NCBI GenBank assembly: GCA_964016885.1
Contig: OZ024750.1
Span: 25,854,001-25,918,000, forward strand
Length of the DNA stretch: 64,000 nucleotides
Direction of reading: 5' to 3'
DNA from: Eledone cirrhosa
Lineage: Eukaryota
Part shown: one piece after another, positions 45,222 to 59,240 of the stretch
How the letters are laid out: each line of letters begins with the position of its first letter
How positions within the stretch are numbered: position 1 is the stretch's first letter
The notes under the pieces: generated by a model
What the model was told of the DNA's origin: nothing
Databases searched by the model: none
What the model saw: only the letters and a program-made list of their open reading frames with translations
Position numbers and translations under genes: made by a program

Positions 45222-46811
45222 GTATGTGATTTCTTTTAATACAATTGTTTCAATACAATTGTTTCACTACAATTGTTAGAAGTAATTGATCAATTTCAAT
45301 CTGTCTGATGCTTCGATTTAGAATCAATAAAATTGTATTTTTCTTTTATATTTGTATATCGTGTAATTGACCTCCGTATGTTTCAGCGATGAGTTTCCTA
45401 TATGAAAACTTATTTTCCCAGTTAGGTTGTTCGGTGTATATTAATGACCACGTATAATATTAAATGTGCTAATTTTAGTCGTTTGAATAATTATTGCCTC
45501 ATAATTTGACCAGGACATTTAAAAAATTTCTTTTTCACACAAACATAGTAATTGTGTTTGATAGGCTAAAACAAGCTTTGCCTTGATGTTATTTCAATAG
45601 AGATACATCAGGCATAAAGTTGGAAACTGTAAAGTATTACATCTAGTTCTCAATATTGTGTATTTCCGATATATTTCATATTAGTATTTTATTGTTTTGA
45701 CAAGAAATATTTTGATTAGCTAATTACATTTTCTATAGTCCAAGCAATATTAAGTTTATTTTTTATACCGTTACAAGTACAAAATATCACGAGTCATAGG
45801 CCTACTTATTGAAACAGTTTATAATTGAGTCTAATATGTTAGAATCTTTTAAAAATATCCTTAAAAAATACTCGTACGAATTAAATACAAAATTTTCAGT
45901 CGAAAACAAAAGCAAATTATTTCAAATTATATAATTTTGAAAAATAGACGTGAATGATCTCAAAGACTTGATCTCAGTCGAAAAATCTTTTTTTAATTTT
46001 TATTCTATATTTCACTGTTAGCTGTTGCCATATTTTGAGTGGATAGATAATTCTACAATTCAAACTGTAAAGTCAAAATACAAAAGATACAAAATGTGCA
46101 GGATTTCTTACCTTTCTCTGGAATCACAAACTCAAGGGAAAAATAGTACCTTGCAAAATAAAGTGCTTCGATCACAAACTTAGTTGCAAAGAATAAATTG
46201 AGATGCTTGGTTATAGTGAGCAAGAAAAATCTGTATCCCTTATATATACATAGATAGATACACACGCACAGACATGCACGCGCGCACACACACATAATAT
46301 ATATAACTATAGAGAATTCATAACTATATTTATCCCATTACAGAAACTAATTAGTTGAAGTGAAAATTTTAGTAAGTTGATTTTTAATTTTTAAAATTTT
46401 CTTATTTTACGTCTTTCATATAAATGTTCTGCATTCACCTGCATAGAACCACATAGGTACAAAGACATAACTTGTATATTTGCTAGCATGAGTGTACATC
46501 TGTGCACATATGTTGGTAGATGTACTAATTCTCTATATTTATCTCCAAATTATTTGTTGAGCAAAACTGGTCAATATTTACTGCTGTTTCATAGTAGTAG
46601 TAGGCTCTTGTCATAATACCACCCCGCTCCTAACTGATTAACCTCGGTGTCACGTGATTGATTCTTTAGAATCTGCCACTGACCAGAGGCAGTGAAATTT
46701 TTTCAGTGTTCCTGAATTTAGTCCTCGCTAGCTTCATTCCATCTACTGAATTATTATTTTTATAGGGGTTCCTAGTGACCGCGCATTGCCTGGGAACTTA
46801 GCTGAAAATAG

Positions 46812-46897
46812 ACTCCCTGATGACGTAATGAATTCTCTATAGTTATATATATTATATAACTATATTTATCCCATTACAGAAACTAATTAGTTGGAGT
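46812..46897 (+). ncRNA. Type-I hammerhead motif, monomer 1
   Basis: ACTCC-CTGATGA-cGTAATG..TATAGTTATATA/TATATAACTATA..CATTACa-GAAA-CTAATTAG-TT-GGAGT. Confidence 0.85.
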
Positions 46898-47350
46898 GAA
46901 AATTTTAGTAAGTAAGTTGATTTTTAATTTTTAAAATTTTCTTATTTTACGTCTTTCATATAATTGTTCTGCATTCACCTGCATAGAACCACATAGGTAC
47001 TAAGACATAACTTGTATATTTGCTAGCATGAGTGTACCTCTGTGCACATATGTTGGTAGATGTACTAATTCTCTATATTTATCTCCAAATTATTTGTTGA
47101 GCAAAACTGGCCAATATTTACTGCTGTTTCATAGTAGTAGTAGGCTCTTGTCATAATACGACCCCGCTCCTAACTGATAACCTCGGTGTCACGTGATTGA
47201 TTCTTTAGAATCTGCCACTGACCAGAGGCAGTGAAATTTTTTCAGTGTTCCGGAATTTAGTCCTCGCTAGCTTCATTCCATCTACTGAATTATTAATTCT
47301 ATATGGGTTCCTAGTGTCCGCGCATTGCCTGGGAACTTAGCTGAGAATAG

Positions 47351-47436
47351 ACTCCCTGATGACGTAATGAATTCTCTATAGTTATATATATTATATAACT
47401 ATATTTATCCCATTACAGAAACTAATTAGTTGGAGT
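47351..47436 (+). ncRNA. Type-I hammerhead motif, monomer 2
   Basis: Same as 46812-46897. Confidence 0.85.
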
Positions 47437-47890
47437 GAAAATTTTAGTAAGTAAGTTGATTTTTAATTTTTAAAATTTTCTTATGTTACGTCTTTCATAT
47501 AATTGTTCTGCATTCACCTGCATAGAACCACATAGGTACTAAGACATAACTTGTATATTTGCTAGCATGAGTGTACATCTGTGCACATATGTTGGTAGAT
47601 GTACTAATTCACTATATTTATCTCCAAATTATTTGTTGAGCAAAACTGGCCAATATTTACTGCTGTTTCATAGTAGTAGTAGGCTCTTGTCATAATACCA
47701 CCCCGCTCCTAACTGATTAACCTCGGTGTCAAGTGATTGATTCTTTAGAATCTGCCACTGACCAGGGGCAGTGACATTTTTTCAGTGTTCCGGAATTTAG
47801 TCCTCGCTAGCTTCATTCCATCTACTGAATTATTATTTTTATATGGGTTCCTAGTATCCGCGCATTGCCTGGGAACTTAGCTGAGAATAG

Positions 47891-47976
47891 ACTCCATGAC
47901 GACGTAATGAATTCTCTATAGTTATATATATTATATAACTATATTTATCCCATTACAGAAACTAATTAGTTGGAGT
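47891..47976 (+). ncRNA. Hammerhead motif, monomer 3, core mutated (ATGACGA)
   Basis: C3>A breaks the 3-8 pair; stems intact. Confidence 0.7.
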
Positions 47977-48032
47977 GAAAATTTTAGTAAGTAAGTTGAT
48001 TTTTAATTTTTAAAATTTTCTTATTTTACGTC

Positions 48033-48153
<121 letters not shown>

Positions 48154-49710
48154 CATATCGATAAATCTTTAGATTCCTTCACCTTTTTCATTTTCTTTGG
48201 TTAAGCACCCAAGTATAAATTTTCTTCATAAATATAATTATAGATATAATAAACTATTCTAGAAAAGTTTATCCTTTCAATATCTTGAATAAAATATACG
48301 TAAGATAAATTTCTATACTAAACATATTATTTTAGCGTAAAATATTCTATAATATTTAAAAATTAAAAAAATCTTTTAAATTTTTATTTTTTATTTTTTA
48401 AATTTTTTAATATTTTGATATCTGTAGAATCCTTGTTTTTTAAGTTATATTGATATAATATTTTATTTTATTTTTTTATTTTATTTTTTTATTAGATTCA
48501 TTTTTATTTTTTTATTTTTTTATTTTTTAAATTTTTTATTTTTTATTAGATTCATTTTATTTTTTATTTTTTTATTAGTTTAATTTTATTTTTTATTTTT
48601 TTTATTAGATTTGTTTTTATTCTGATAGCTTCTCATAATTTTTTTATTAGATTTATTTTTATTCTGATAGCTTCTCATAATTTTCAAAAGTTTGTCCTTT
48701 CAATATCTTGATTAAAATATACGTAAGATAAATTTCTATACTAAATATATTAAACATATTATTTTAACTTAAAATATTCTATAATATTTTGGTATATTTT
48801 AGTATTTTGATGTTTATAGAATTCGTTTGCCTTTTAAGTTATATTGATATAATTATATTTCCCAAATATAATCCTTTTGTATTTTATATACTCAATTGTA
48901 CTATGTTATATATTGATGTATACTTATGTCTATATACGGCTTATGTATCTATATATGTGTATTGACATACATATACATTGATTATATGCTTTTTTATGAT
49001 TATATGTCTGTCTGTATATATGCATGAGTGACGCGTGTATACCAATTGGGTGAAGATGCACACACATATCTATTCATGTATAGGTAAGAATTATGGGTGT
49101 GAATGTACAGGCTTACACATGCAGTTTTTGATTGCAGATATGCATAACTTAACAGCCATAAATGCATGAAAGTTAATCCTATATATTTATATATATATAT
49201 ACTAAAACTTTTTAATTAATAACACAAGGAATGTATAGCAATAAATAAAAAATCACTTATGCTTATATATATATATACATAGCAAATTTCTTTCAATGAA
49301 GGAGATAGTGAGAGAAAGAGTAAGAAAGAAATATAGAGCGATCTTCCTTAATTTTATTATATATATATATATATATATATATCTTTAAGTCGTTTGGAAG
49401 CCTCGACAATGCAAATGGGTAAATCTCCGGGTAACAAGATCCGGTGGTGGAGAGAGAGATGTAAGTGGGTGTACGTTGAGATGCGTGGTGTGTAAAGATG
49501 TGTAAATGTGTAGAAGAAAGAAGGGAAGAGTATAAAGGATAAAATAAAAATAACAACACAAGAGAGAGTTACCTTGGGAGAGATTTAATAGTCCCTATAT
49601 ATTTCGGATTCACATCCATCAACTGGGGTTTTTTTTCCGGGGTAAAGTTTGTCTGTCGGACAGGTGCGAAACATACATACATACACACACACATATATAT
49701 ATATATACAC

Positions 49711-50931
<1,221 letters not shown>

Positions 50932-50937
50932 TTTTTT

Positions 50938-52084
50938 TGCTGAGGAGGATATTAGAGGGAGCTAGAGCAAAGTGACTTCCCGCGGTCATGGTTTTCATTG
51001 ACTTTAGGAAGGCCTTTGATTCTGTGGACCGTTACTGCCTGATGAAGATCTTACAGGCTTATGGAATCCCCAAGAAGATAGTGGACCTAATATCACTGCT
51101 CTACACCAACACCAAAGCCCAAGTCATTACACCTGATGGGATGACAGAGTTCTTTGAGATACTGGCTGGAGTGCTCCAGGGAGATACATTGGCTCACTAC
51201 CTTTTTATCATCGTAGTGGACTATTGTATGCGCCTTGCACTGGAGAAACACCAGGACTCTGGCTTTACTGTAGCACCGGCTCAGAGCAGGAGAGTTAGGG
51301 CGAAAAAGGTATCGGATGCTGAATTTGCCGACGACATAGTTTTGGTGACAAATACGGTGAAGGAGGCAGAGGATTTGATGCGGGAGGTTGAGACTGTGTC
51401 GATGAGTGTGGGGCTGAGAATGAATGAGACTAAAACAAAATATCTGGTAGAGAATGTTGAGAAGCCAGAGGGGATCACTAATGTAGGCGGGAAGCCGCTG
51501 GAATTGGTTGAGGACTTCCTGTATTTGGGAGCAAAGATTGGGAATACGGAAGATGATGTGGTTGAGAGGAAGAGCAAGGCCTGGGCGGCGTGCCACAGCT
51601 TGAGATCGGTGTGGAAGTCGGACCTTCGTAGAGACCTGAAAGTCCGCCTCTTCATTGCTGTAGTGGAGTCTGTGCTGCTGTATGGGTCTGAGACTAGGAC
51701 ACTGACTAGGAAACTCACTCAGATGGTGGATGGGTGCTACACGAGAATGCTGAGGATGACTCTGAACATTAATCAGTATACACTGAGGATGAAAAACTCA
51801 GAGCTGTATGGGAGCATCCCGAAAGTCAGCTCAAAAGTGACACAGAGGAGACTGAGGTTAGCTGAACATGCTCACCGACATCCAGAGTTGACATTGCACT
51901 CAGTGCTCTTTTGGGAGCCCCTGCATGGACACACTAGAAGAGGAAGACCAAGGTTAACGTATGTTGATACCCTAAGGACAGACACTGGTCTGTTGGAGAC
52001 GCAGGACATGGCAGCGATAATGAGGGACAGAGACCGCTGGAGAGAACTCGTCTATGGATCTAGGGAATTTTACCCGCCTTAGAT
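50938..52084 (+). mobile_element. RTE LINE, non-inverted 3' segment
   Basis: LRRILEG..FADD..EFYPP*; in-frame TGA near 50973; ends in (TA)n. Confidence 0.95.
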
Positions 52085-52103
52085 ATATATATATATATAT
52101 GTA

Positions 52104-52158
<55 letters not shown>

Positions 52159-52182
52159 ATATATATATATTATATATATGTA

Positions 52183-52258
<76 letters not shown>

Positions 52259-52259
52259 C

Positions 52260-52313
<54 letters not shown>

Positions 52314-52317
52314 ATAA

Positions 52318-52505
52318 TTCTTTCTACTTTTAGACACAAGGCCAGCAATTACCCAGTGCATTACTGGTACTTTATTTTATCGAGCCCGTAAGGATGAAAG
52401 GCAAAGTCAACCTCGGCGGGATTTGAACTCAGATCGTAAAGGGACGTAACTATGCTGGAAAGCAAGGCGTCCGACCCTCTACCGATACTGCCATTCCACC
52501 ACCCT
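52318..52505 (-). mobile_element. tRNA-derived SINE (octopod-like); copies ~56528-56700 and ~59464-59640
   Basis: tactggtactttattttatcgaccccgtaaggatgaaaggcaaagtcaacctcggcgggatttgaactcag; B-box on - strand. Confidence 0.85.
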
Positions 52506-52596
52506 TTATATAGTAATAATAATGACTAAAATCCAAAGAGGGCTCGATAAGGATAAATATATATCAAATATATAAGAACCGTAGAGCAAATATTTA

Positions 52597-52695
52597 TTAA
52601 AATAACAGATTAAAGTTTAAGCAAAGAATCGCTGCTTTCACCCTTAGGGTGAAAGCAGCGATTCTTTGTTTAAACTTTAATCTGTTATTTGAATA
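52597..52695. repeat. ~100-bp near-perfect palindrome
   Basis: aaataacagattaaag...tttcaccct-t-agggtgaaa...ctttaatctgttattt. Confidence 0.85.
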
Positions 52696-52720
52696 AATAT
52701 ATATATATACATATATATAC

Positions 52721-52773
<53 letters not shown>

Positions 52774-52797
52774 TATGTATGTATGTATGTATGTATG

Positions 52798-52833
<36 letters not shown>

Positions 52834-52835
52834 TG

Positions 52836-52878
<43 letters not shown>

Positions 52879-52881
<3 letters not shown>

Positions 52882-52989
52882 GGAACGAGTAGGACCCCGA
52901 CGGCTGAGCTCAAACCGTTTCGACGGCCAATCCTGAATTAGCCGTCGAAACGGCTTGAGCTCAGCCGTCGGGGTCCTACCCGTTCCTAT
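52879..52989. repeat. GC-rich fold-back pivoting on a hammerhead-like stem II; relative at ~57252-57322
   Basis: gtaggaccccgacggctgagctcaa..gtttcGACGGC loop GCCGTCgaaac..ttgagctcagccgtcggggtcctac. Confidence 0.75.
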
Positions 52990-53065
52990 TACCCACTCTA
53001 CTACCCTAAGTATTGAGTACTTTGGTGCGTTATGGTCCACCTGGTTCCTTACCACATTTCCTTCG

Positions 53066-53125
<60 letters not shown>

Positions 53126-53316
53126 GAAGAGAGAAAGTGGGTAGGACAGAGACAGTGTAAGAAATGTGTCTGTGTGTTTGGTACACGTCTATCTATCTAT
53201 CTATCTATCTATCTATTTTTCGATTATTTTTATTTTATACCCTTTTTACTCGGTTTTATGTAAACTTCCCCTTTGTATTTGTCCCTTCTTTTTATGCCTT
53301 TATGGTAAATAAAGAA

Positions 53317-53376
<60 letters not shown>

Positions 53377-53474
53377 CTCCAACAGAGGGCTGAAACATAC
53401 GGCCCCGCAAACTACTTTTCTCTGGCCCGTGGTAGAACCAATATTTCAGATTCCATTATAACTGGTGAAAACAA

Positions 53475-53690
53475 GGCGGTGAGCTGGTGGAATCGTTAGC
53501 ACATCTGGCGAAATCCTTAGCGGTACTTCTTCCGTGTTTACGTTGTTAGTTCAAATTCCGCCGATCTCAACTTTGCCTTTCATCCTTTTGGGGTCGATAA
53601 TCTAAGTACCAGTTGTGAACTGGGATCGATGTAATCGACTGGACCCTAAACCCCAAATTTCCTGCCTTGTGCCTATAGTAGATATAATTG
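53475..53690 (+). mobile_element. Related SINE subfamily, full length
   Basis: ggcggtgagctgg..gaatcgttagc, gttcaaattccgccga, ctttcatcctttt.gggtcgata, aagtaccag, ccttgtgccta. Confidence 0.8.
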
Positions 53691-54327
53691 TAACAGGTGA
53701 AAATCATCACCCACCACAACGTTTGGCCCACTGTGCCTCTCCTCCAGGACGTAATGGCCGTTTTATGCCCTTGAGTTTGAGAGTCCTCTTCTACACACAC
53801 ACACTCATATATATGTATCCACATTACTTTTTTTCTGTCTCTGGACTAGGCCCATGCTGTAGCATCACCTTGGTAAGTTATGGGGACGTCAACAAACCAA
53901 CAAGCATTGGTGGGAGGGCAAACACAAACGCAAAGACACACACAGGCATATATATATATATATATATACGACGAGCTTCTGTTAGTTTCGCTCTATCAAA
54001 TCTCCCCACAGGGTTTGGTCGGCCCGGGCAGTGTGACTGAACCCAGAAACATGTGTATATCGTATTAAATTAACAATGAAAATAAAAACAACAAAGTCAA
54101 GTTACTTTATAACTTCGTTGTTTTTAATTTGTTGTTTTTATTTTCATTGTTAATTTAATAAATAATATCTGACTCTGTATCTAAAGAATTAATTCAGCGA
54201 AACAGAGAACTTCACTATAGATTTTACTTGATAAGATTGAGTTTTATCTACGGTAGGGACCCTACTACCAGAGGTAGACCACACTGAAAAGGAACATTTT
54301 TTTATATATATGTGTGTGTGTGTATTA

Positions 54328-54448
<121 letters not shown>

Positions 54449-54809
54449 CTACATACATATGTACATACATTTACGTATGTGTATAACTATACATTTATAT
54501 ATATGTATGTAAGCATGCATTTATGTTTAAGTGTGTGTATATGTGAGTTGATTTATATTGTTTTGGGTATGGAGGACATTTTGACTCCAGATTTTATTAC
54601 CTAGGGAGATTAACTACAACAGATGTTCCTCCTCATCAAACACCAACGCCGGCCTGTATCTAGTATACATGTGTATGTATGTATGTATGTATGTATGTAT
54701 GTATGTATGTATGTATGTATGTATGTATGTATGTATATATGTATGTATCTATGTATGTATGTATGTATGTATGTATGCGTGTGTATGTTCGTATGTATGT
54801 ATAAGTATT

Positions 54810-55192
54810 TACCCACACCCTTCATCACCATTGCTTCTTTTTCTTGCCATTTCTGTTGGTGTTCTTGTAACTGTTGTCATAGTTGTGTAGCCCTTATTTT
54901 CATTTTCTTTGATTTCTTTCGTTTTTTTTTTTATCTCTCTAAGGAATTCGTTGACAAGCTTCTTTTATTTATTTTCTTTGCTTTCTTCATTCAAATGCAT
55001 CCACACAGGCTGTCTCAGAGACGTACAAATATGGCTTATAAATTTACCAAAGTAAAGAGCCTTCCAGCGCTCCAAAAGCTTCAAACGCGCCCTAACGACC
55101 CTTGCTCCCTAACGACCCCTTGCTCCCAAACGCTCCCCTAAGAGCTCCGAATCGCCCCCGGGAGTTCATATGCCTCCCGTTGAGAACTTTTT
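54810..55192 (-). mobile_element. hAT (Charlie/Buster-like) one-ended fragment; inverted paralog 61338-61722 (+)
   Basis: Terminus CAAA(G/A)(G/A)GTTCTCAACGGG-like; flanks gtttagac and atgtagag resemble the NTCTAGAN target. Confidence 0.55.
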
Positions 55193-56886
55193 GGTTTAGA
55201 CAGATAGCATATTAGATTGTAAAATAAAAATCATCGATTTGGCTGAATACCAAACAATTCCAATGGGGATGTAATTGTTTAAAACTAACGCAGGATAAAC
55301 AGATAATTTGAGCACAATTCAAGGACACATATTTTAGGGCGAGCTAGATGTAAATATATCAAGGTCACTACTCATAGAAAGTTTGTCAGGGACGAAAGAA
55401 TGTAAGTCAAGTTTCTACTGAATGAGATATAAACTGTGTATGTGAAAGGGTATATGTCATTACAACATGTCATTCAGAAAAGCTCGTACCGCCTCTGCTA
55501 ACCAAAACCTTTCGGAAATTAAATAATATCCTAATTATGAAGAAACCAAATGTAATATTCTATTATAGCTTTTCACTACTACATTAGTCCATCTCAAACC
55601 CCTCTGGAGATAATTTCCTGTTTAATAACTGTATAATTTACTGGAGTTGGGGTTTACTAATTGTATCCCTTTTCTGTTGTTGTTTAGGGTGAGGTCAGTC
55701 ATAACTAAGGACACCTATCATCAAAAACATTTCAGTCATCACCAGACTAACATTTAGGTGCCTTACGAACAACATTATGTGTTTTTGACTGCTTTATTTA
55801 GCAGTTCGAGCGGCTATAAAGAAAGTGTCCGTTCCCACTTTTAATAAATATGTTAACCATTCAAATAACTTTCTAACAAATAAATACGCAGAACCAATTA
55901 GATATACCCAGATCTCAGACATTTGCATCTGTCAGGTTTTGACTCATACAAGATACTCAAATACATTTACCTCATGCATTATCCTTATTCAATAGATCAT
56001 GTTATAGACATTATCTCTATAACTATATATTTCCCAAACCCAGTTAAAATAAAATTTAAAATATGGGATAACACTCAATCTGATGAAGTCTCAGCTAAGT
56101 AACATCAAATATATTATCCAGAAATCTAATTATATAAGAAGATTAACAATTTTTTAAACAGTTACCAATTTGCATCAGCACTGATATATGTACGTAAGGC
56201 ATATTGCCTATAAGAAATATGACTTACATGGCCACGATAATATAAACTGGCATGACATATGTATTGAGAAACCGAACCGATTTGCAATACAAGACTGTTA
56301 CTTATTCTATCGACTAATCAGTAGCGGTGAAAATCACATTCGTATCAGAACATAAATGAGTGAAAATAAATGACACAAGAACATATTTTATATTGGTTAA
56401 AATAATTATCTTACCTAGGTTAATTGTTTCAATTATATAAGAATGGAGGAATTAGATTGTTCGATGAGAATATCTCTCTGGAAATTATTAATGATACGAG
56501 AAGTTGTCTTCGGTTAGAAATAAATAATTGTTTCTACCTTTGGCACAAGGCCAGCAATTACCTAGTGCATTACTGGTACTTTATTTTATCGACCCCGTAA
56601 GGATGAAAGGCAAAGTTAAACCCAGCGGGATTTGAACTCAGATCATAAAGGGCCGTAACTCTTTGCTGCTAAGCATGGCGTCCGACCCTCTACCGATAAT
56701 GTGTTATAAATATGACTGAATATGAGATTGTGATCAAGTCGTCATTCCCTCGTCAATTATTTTTATTTTGTTAAGTACAATGTTATTTAATAATTTTTAA
56801 ATTTCCTTTTGCTGTAATAAAATTAATAATTAATTTGTAATTTAACTGTAACATGTTTTTTTTTTGTCTTAACCTGAAAAACATAG

Positions 56887-57145
56887 TTCTCAACACTATA
56901 TTCTAGTTCTCATATTACCACTCACTTGTTCAAAATATAGCTACTCTCGCAGTGCAAAATACAACAAAACAGACCTAGGTAAAGAAAGCGGAAACTACAG
57001 TGGAAAATACAGCGGAAAAGACAGTGAAAAAGACAAAGGAAAAGACAAAGGAAAAGACAAAGGAAAAGAGAGCGGAAAGGACAGAGGAGAAAAATCTGGA
57101 AACAAGGGAAATTAGACCACCTAAAAGATATTTCTAAAGATACGG
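56887..57145 (+). CDS. Candidate cytoplasmic-tail exon ...YSRSAKYNKTDLGKESGNYSGKYSGKDSEKDKGKDKGKDKGKESGKDRGEKSGNKGN* (stop 57113-57115)
   Basis: AG acceptors ending at 56886 or 56940 both give phase-2 entry into the only long open frame; strong G|gtaagt donor at 57145; linkage to the TM exon is unproven. Confidence 0.4.
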
Positions 57146-57328
57146 GTAAGTTGATTGTTTTATTAACTGTTGAATGTCTATACTTAGTTTAATAAAACTG
57201 TAATATTCTCGAAAACCAAAGAAATTTTATACATACATATATATATATAGAAGTCAGGACCCCGACGGCTGAGCTCCGGACGTTTCGACAGCTAAATCCA
57301 AACTAAGCCGCCAGTATTAGAACGTGTC

Positions 57329-57420
<92 letters not shown>

Positions 57421-57774
57421 TGTGTGTGCGCGTGCGTGTGTGTGTCTGCGTGTCTGTGTGTGTGCGTGTATGTTTATATATACATTTATACAAACTAACA
57501 CACTTTCAAATATTAATAAGAAAATATATGATCACGTGACAACCTGGTTCAGCTTGTTTTGTTTGGGAAGTCTGAATTTCATGATGGGTGCATTTCGATA
57601 TATTGGGTCCTACATCTATCTCCCACACACTGTTGATATGAAATATCCATCTGCACAGTGGTATAGCACAGCTATATTTATGTGTATCTATATCTCTTCA
57701 AATAAACGCAACATATATATCTCCGTTTATCTATTTAGCTGCAGTTCTTCTATCCATTTTCTAACTATCTATCT

Positions 57775-59240
57775 TTCCTTGAAAGGTCGAGCGGAGGTGG
57801 CGAATACTTACATAGCGAATTTCTGTTTTCCTCTGTATAGTGGCAATGGTAAAAGAGGTTATATGGTGAACAAGATGGACAGGGCTGAGGACAGATGCCT
57901 TTCACACCGGACAACTCATTCCCTTCTTTAGGTACCACTTTAGAAGGACAATCAGAGTGGAGAGAGAGGCACTTCACCCCAGTAAATTTACTAGAATGTG
58001 GGTGAATGTAGCAAAAGTGGCCCGAGAGATTGGGCCTTCTCTGTATATAAACCTGTAGGTTGAAGAAGAGAGCAAAAGAAAGAATGGAGCACTTGCACAA
58101 CACGCTCCTGGAGTTGAGGGTTGTTCAATCTACGGGGTATACAACAATCCATTTGTAACGCCTCCCCCCTGTTGGGGATTTTAATTGTTGAATTTGTGAA
58201 TTTTTTTACACTTTCGTATGTAAAATCCCCGGCATATGTCCTTGTATTGTCCCCTTTTCTTGTGCGCCCTTGTGGTAAATAAAGAAATCTATCTATCTAT
58301 CTATCTATCTATCTTTTCACAAAGGAAGCAAAGGCGGTTTTTCTGTGCGTAATAGCCATGTTGAAAGAGGTTATTTGGTGGACACGATTGAAAGGTCTGA
58401 GGTCAGGCAACTTCCTCTCTGGCCATAGTCTGGTCTACTTCTTCCGATATCACTTCGGAAAAAGGATAAGAATGGAGAGAGAGGTGCTTGGCCACAGGCA
58501 GTTTTATGAAAGGTGGGTGATAGTGGCGAGAATGGCTCGTGTAAATGGGCCTTCTCTGTATACCATCCTGTAGGTAAAGAAGTGAAGGAGAGGGGAGCAC
58601 CTTCTCCATGTGCTCCCCGGGCAAAGGATTGCACACTTTTTCGGGGGTGTGTGGAACCCCCATCACGTCCCCTCCCTTTTGAGATTGTTTTCGATTATTT
58701 TCATTTTATACCCTTTTACTCGGTTTTATGTAAACTCCCCCTTTGTATTTGTCCCTTCTTTTTATGCCTTTATGGTAAATAAAGAAATATATCTATCTAT
58801 CTATCTCTTTACCTATATATCTATCTATCTATCTATCTATCTCCGGCCAACAACTTTTTTTCAAATACCACTTTGGAAGAAGAATCAGGATGGAGAGAGA
58901 GGTGCTGTACCCCAGCAAGTTTTATGAAAGGTGGGTGAAAGTGGCGAGAATGGCCCGAGTGAATGGGCCTTCTCTCTATATCAGCCTGTAGATTGAGGAA
59001 AAGGAGGAGGAGAGGAAAGGAGTACAAGCTCTTCGTACTCCTGAAGATGAGGGTTGCACATTTTTTTCGGGGGTATGTGTTACCCATATAAACTGTCTCC
59101 CTCTATTGGGGAAAATCGACTAACTTTTAAATTCCATCTGTGATAACATTTTACACGTTTTTATTGTATGTAAACTTCCCCCTTTGTATTTGTCCCCTTC
59201 TTTTGTGCCCCTGTGGCTAATAAAGAAATATATCTATCTA
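57775..59240 (+). mobile_element. Three stacked 3' ends of a Tx1/L1-like LINE separated by (TCTA)n; fourth short copy 53215-53316
   Basis: C-terminus AM.KEVIWWTR...FFRYH...IR.ERE.L....F..RWV.VARMA; shared 3' UTR ending aataaagaaat(ctat)n. Confidence 0.7.

Noticed and set aside
46022-46047. Alternative exon after TM (ttag|c tgt tgc cat att ttg agt gga tag)
   Set aside because: Phase-compatible but only 8 codons with no other support; cannot be excluded without RNA data
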